A DNA stretch of 64,000 nt from a bacterium (lineage in GTDB: Bacteria; Electryoneota; AABM5-125-24; Hatepunaeales; Hatepunaeaceae), in NCBI GenBank assembly GCA_021734165.1, contig JAIPJL010000005.1:130-64129 (forward strand). The letters run 5' to 3'. The notes under the pieces are model-generated. The model was not told where the DNA came from. It ran no database searches and saw only the letters and a program-made list of their open reading frames with translations. Below, in pieces: positions 59,988 to 64,000 of the stretch. Position numbers and translations under genes: made by a program. The first letter of the stretch is position 1; each line of letters opens with the position of its first letter.

Positions 59988-62777
59988 ATGAAATCAAATT
60001 TAAAAAAGAGATGTATTTGTTTTTTTTTAATTCTTGTATCAATATTTCCCTCGTTTTCTGCCCTCGCGCGACCTCTTACTGAACAGGACATTCCTGTCAC
60101 CCGCAACCTTCTTGGCACACCACTTCCAACCAGATCACAATATCTCGCTGAACACCCATTACGTGATTTAACTGTTCATGGAATCCATAGCATTAATAAT
60201 CGTCGTGATGAAGACGGTACGGTTATCATTGCGGTCAATCACAGATTGTTAAATGAGCATGAAGCGTTATTTGATCAGTTCTCAAATGATATTGCAAACC
60301 AAGGATATGATGTTATTCAACTTGATGTTGAAGGTGGAACGGCAGAGGAATTCAAGGAACTTTTAATCGATGAAGGTGGTGATGATCTTGTTGGCGCCAT
60401 TCTGGCGGGAGAATTGCCACTTGCCTGGTTCGAGCAGTATGAGTATTTCAATGATGAGCAAGAACCCGATTACGATTTCCTAATTGAATATCCGATTGAT
60501 CTATTCTTTATGGATATTGACGGAACATGGCAGGATACGTCACATAATGGAATTTATGACATCCATGAGAATGACAACTGGGAGCCAGATATTTGGCTTG
60601 GCAGGCTGCCTGCCTGGAATCTGAGTCGTATTGATGAAGATGCACTTATCGCTGCATATCTTGAGCGAGTACATGATTATCGAATCGGCAGACTTACACT
60701 ACCACATCGGGGATTAAACTTCATTGATGATGACTGGATGTATTATGCAAATGAATGGGAGAATGATTTACGATACAGCTTTAGAGGAACATTAACAGTT
60801 GCACATGCTGAATCAACAAACGCTGACAATTATACACGAGAGCTTGAAAGCGAAGGTTATGAAATTGTACAGGTTGCCGTTCATTCCACGCCTGATACTC
60901 ATATATTTAAGATTAATAATCATAGCGCTAATGATTATTTCCGCTTTTCCCGCCTACGTGATAATGTGACGCCTAATATCATGTTTTACAACCTTTTTGC
61001 CTGCTCAAATATGAACCTTGGAAGCAACCTTTGCATGGGCGCTCTTTATGCTTTGCGTGGACCCTATGGTCTGGGAGCAGTAGGCTCAGCCAAAACAGGT
61101 TCGATGTTATACTTTGATGATTATTACCAACCACTTGCGGATGGTCTGTGTTTTGGTGACGCTTTTAAACATTGGTTTACAGAGCACGGTCATCAGCCGG
61201 AACGTGAGAATTGGGCGCGTTCCTGGTTTTATGGCATGACATACTTCGGTGATCCTACACTCAAGGTCAAACTTGGCTTGCGCCTGGAAGAGTGCATTAT
61301 ACTTGATGATGAAAATGGCGACAGTGATAATATTGCAGATACAGGCGAGACGGTTGAGTTATGGCTGACTGTTTCAAACAGGAATATCGAATCAATTGAA
61401 AATATACAGATTACCCTAACCAGCGAAGATCCAAATATTGAGATACAGGAAGGTGAAGGGTACATCAACTCGATAAATGGAGGCGGTTCAGAGAATGCGC
61501 AAGATTTTTTCGTTAGTATAAATGATGATTGTCCCGATGGGCATAATGCTGTAATAAATCTGATGATGACGCCCGAAAATGACACGCCTTGGCACGACAG
61601 GATTATCCTTGAAATCAGAAGCCCCGTAATTGAAATAACCAGATTCGATAATGTTGGCGCACACGGTATCTGGACTGGTCCAGGGGAAGAAGGTCAATTA
61701 ATACTTGCCCTGAAAAACATTGGAGGTGATGATTTACAGGAAGGCGGTAATATCGAATTTATTTCAACGAATGCAACTTTTGCTTTTCCAGATGGCGAGC
61801 CTGCGGCACCAGTAATTATAGCAGATAGCAGTGTATGGTATGGCGCTGATGAATATATTCTTTATCGAATTGATGATGATCTCGAACAGGGGGAAGGTGT
61901 TCTGGTCAGGATGAACATCTTCAAAGATGAAGCTCTACTTGGTGAAGGTTTATTATTACTTCCTACATCCAGTGAGTTTAATTTTCAAGATGATTTGAAT
62001 CAGGAACCTGATTGGTTGAGGAGTTATGCTGTAACAAATGGCTACAGCAATGCCTGGCAATGGAAGGATGACGGAGGTGATGGATCAGGCGGACTATGTT
62101 TTACCGGTGAGGACAGTCTTGGTTACCCGGCTCGATCTGATGGCGTATTTGAACTGCCTTTGATGATGTTAAACGATGGAGCGAGGTTGAATATTCATCA
62201 CAGAATGTATGCAGAGCAGGATTTCGATGGTGCTAGAGTAGAGTTAAATACAGGCAACGGTTGGCGTCTGATTGAACCTGATGACGGATATAATGGTATT
62301 GCCGTTGCTAATGGTTCTTTTGAAGGTGGAAGATGCTGGAACGGAACTTTTAACTGGCGTGATGACATTTTTGTAATTAGTGAAAGAAGCGGGAGTATTC
62401 GCTTGCGTTTCAGGTTCGTATCGGATAACGGTATTGAAGATCAGGGCTGGTTTATTAATGCGTTAAACATTACCGGTTCTCCATTTATAGTTAGTGAAAC
62501 AGAAAAACTTCCGGAAATAACGCAATTAATATCGCTTTATCCTAATCCTTTCAATAGTTTTTTACATTTGAAATACAGCCTTGCGGATCCGTCGGAGGTA
62601 ACAATTACTCTATTTGATTTGACAGGTAGAAAAGTTGCTGAAGTGTTTGAAAATAAGTTAGATGCAGGAATCCACGAAGTAGTTTTTCAGGCAATTAATT
62701 TACCTGCCGGAATCTATTTACTGAATTTTAAAACTAAAGAAGGGATTATACAGAAAAAGATTTCACTAATAAAATGA
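59988..62777 (+). CDS. Secreted C25 (gingipain-like) peptidase-domain protein with T9SS type A-like tail
   Basis: Signal peptide; DIWLGRLP, VHS and FACS candidate His/Cys dyad, FGDPTL; YPNPFN...GIY tail. Confidence 0.72.
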   Translation: MKSNLKKRCICFFLILVSIFPSFSALARPLTEQDIPVTRNLLGTPLPTRSQYLAEHPLRDLTVHGIHSINNRRDEDGTVIIAVNHRLLNEHEALFDQFSNDIANQGYDVIQLDVEGGTAEEFKELLIDEGGDDLVGAILAGELPLAWFEQYEYFNDEQEPDYDFLIEYPIDLFFMDIDGTWQDTSHNGIYDIHENDNWEPDIWLGRLPAWNLSRIDEDALIAAYLERVHDYRIGRLTLPHRGLNFIDDDWMYYANEWENDLRYSFRGTLTVAHAESTNADNYTRELESEGYEIVQVAVHSTPDTHIFKINNHSANDYFRFSRLRDNVTPNIMFYNLFACSNMNLGSNLCMGALYALRGPYGLGAVGSAKTGSMLYFDDYYQPLADGLCFGDAFKHWFTEHGHQPERENWARSWFYGMTYFGDPTLKVKLGLRLEECIILDDENGDSDNIADTGETVELWLTVSNRNIESIENIQITLTSEDPNIEIQEGEGYINSINGGGSENAQDFFVSINDDCPDGHNAVINLMMTPENDTPWHDRIILEIRSPVIEITRFDNVGAHGIWTGPGEEGQLILALKNIGGDDLQEGGNIEFISTNATFAFPDGEPAAPVIIADSSVWYGADEYILYRIDDDLEQGEGVLVRMNIFKDEALLGEGLLLLPTSSEFNFQDDLNQEPDWLRSYAVTNGYSNAWQWKDDGGDGSGGLCFTGEDSLGYPARSDGVFELPLMMLNDGARLNIHHRMYAEQDFDGARVELNTGNGWRLIEPDDGYNGIAVANGSFEGGRCWNGTFNWRDDIFVISERSGSIRLRFRFVSDNGIEDQGWFINALNITGSPFIVSETEKLPEITQLISLYPNPFNSFLHLKYSLADPSEVTITLFDLTGRKVAEVFENKLDAGIHEVVFQAINLPAGIYLLNFKTKEGIIQKKISLIK

Positions 62778-62949
62778 TCAAAATTAACAAAGCCAAATAC
62801 ACACAGATAAAGGCTTTCAAGGATGTTTCTGTTTCATTTTACTTGTAAATTTGTTATATTACAACTTAGTTGCAAAATTTGCGACAATTAACAGTTTTTT
62901 GTGTTTTAGAAGTACAAATCGGTTAATGTAAACCACTACAGGGATAAAC

Positions 62950-64000
62950 ATGTCAAGAGCCCTGCCGTTAATTTTCAGCCTGCTTATACTACTTATTAAC
63001 ATAGCTCCCGCTGAAGCCCAGAGTTTTGATGATTATGGACTTTACGAAGTTGATTTCAACTGGATTGAGATCGAAGATATTGGGATTCCACTTGAGGATA
63101 TTGGAGATAACGATTTTCAGGGACCGTTCCCAATCGGATTTCCTTTTCAATATTTTGGACGTACGTATGAGCAATTCTGGATAAGCGCAAACGGCTTCAT
63201 CGGATTTGGACCTACAACTTACTACCGGAGTACTGATAATCATGTACTTCCGCATGAACGAACCCCAAACAATATAATTGCATTATACTGGAAAGACCTT
63301 GATCCTGCCGCGTTCTGGGCTGATGGGGTGATCTATTGGGGAATGCGTGGCGGTAGATTAGTTGTTCAGTTTGAGATGGTCGGGGAACGTAATTTTGAAG
63401 GTACAACACCTGAGAATACAGTTACCATGCAGGTTGTGCTTGAACCTGACGGAGATATAATTTTTCAATATGAGAGATTTGGCGAGGAATTTAACCTTGA
63501 AAGAGGAACTATTGGTGTCGAGAAATATGATGGCAGCGCTGGACTGACCGTTTGGCATAATGGCGAAGGTGATGGCATCGATGAATTAACCAATGAAACT
63601 GCATTTATGATCAGCAGAAGCGGTCCGGGAACGTTTCTTATCTGGGACGCTGGCACAATCACAACTTCAGGCGCCGCTCAGGCTAGAGCCTTGCGTTGGC
63701 TTGGAAATACGGTTGTACAACTAAATTCAGAGCAGAATTTACCTGATGATCTTGAAGGATACAACGGAGTATTCGTAAACCTCGGCAACCATGGCAATCA
63801 CGGTGATAATTATCACCAATTAAGTGCCGGTGAGGGTGAGATACTTGCTGCTTATTTAGAACAAGGCGGTGCTCTCTACATGGAAGGCTCAGACACATGG
63901 TATCGCGACGAAGTTACAAACGTCCATCCTTATTTCAGTATCCAAGGTGTTGCTGATGGCAGGGCGCTTGAACCGCCGGTGATCGGCATTGAAGGCGCTC
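62950..64000 (+). CDS. Secreted protein with NIDO-like domain, 3'-partial (absent from the ORF track)
   Basis: MSRALPLIFSLLILLINIAPAEAQ...GPFPIGFPFQYFGRTYEQFWISANGFIGFG...IALYWKDL; frame appears open to the window end. Confidence 0.75.
   Translation, partial: MSRALPLIFSLLILLINIAPAEAQSFDDYGLYEVDFNWIEIEDIGIPLEDIGDNDFQGPFPIGFPFQYFGRTYEQFWISANGFIGFGPTTYYRSTDNHVLPHERTPNNIIALYWKDLDPAAFWADGVIYWGMRGGRLVVQFEMVGERNFEGTTPENTVTMQVVLEPDGDIIFQYERFGEEFNLERGTIGVEKYDGSAGLTVWHNGEGDGIDELTNETAFMISRSGPGTFLIWDAGTITTSGAAQARALRWLGNTVVQLNSEQNLPDDLEGYNGVFVNLGNHGNHGDNYHQLSAGEGEILAAYLEQGGALYMEGSDTWYRDEVTNVHPYFSIQGVADGRALEPPVIGIEGA

Overview
Bacterial chromosomal window, mostly + strand housekeeping genes: skp-lpxD-pyrRBC, lepA-lepB, ligA-efp-accBC, gcvH-gcvPA, tgt-yajC-fmt-rsmB-rpe, guaB, rpsT, pyrKD, cdsA, split transketolase, menA, priA. 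T9SS-type C-terminal tails, a PorV-like gene and a SprE/PorW-like TPR lipoprotein suggest an FCB-group organism such as a Calditrichota-like lineage (inference). Accessory parts: (1) a candidate defence island at 16.5-20.9 kb with a truncated HNH, a ~1108-aa N6-adenine methyltransferase/specificity protein with no recognisable nuclease motif, and a translationally coupled PD-(D/E)xK nuclease; (2) a - strand module at 21.3-29.5 kb with a Pho-box-like 4x11-bp array, a TonB-dependent receptor, an internally duplicated secreted acidic protein and a PHP-GT4 fusion; (3) a mosaic at 48-54.5 kb where genes are bracketed by palindromic repeats, including a HEPN-motif gene and a small secreted-protein gene delimited by three copies of an ~80-bp REPIN-like unit. 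Intergenic DNA holds several REP-like families. Three ~140-150-bp MITE-like shells each carry an internal palindrome pair and appear to sit inside another repeat. No rRNA, tRNA, CRISPR array, integrase or transposase was recognised. All calls come from reading motifs by eye; no database searches were run.
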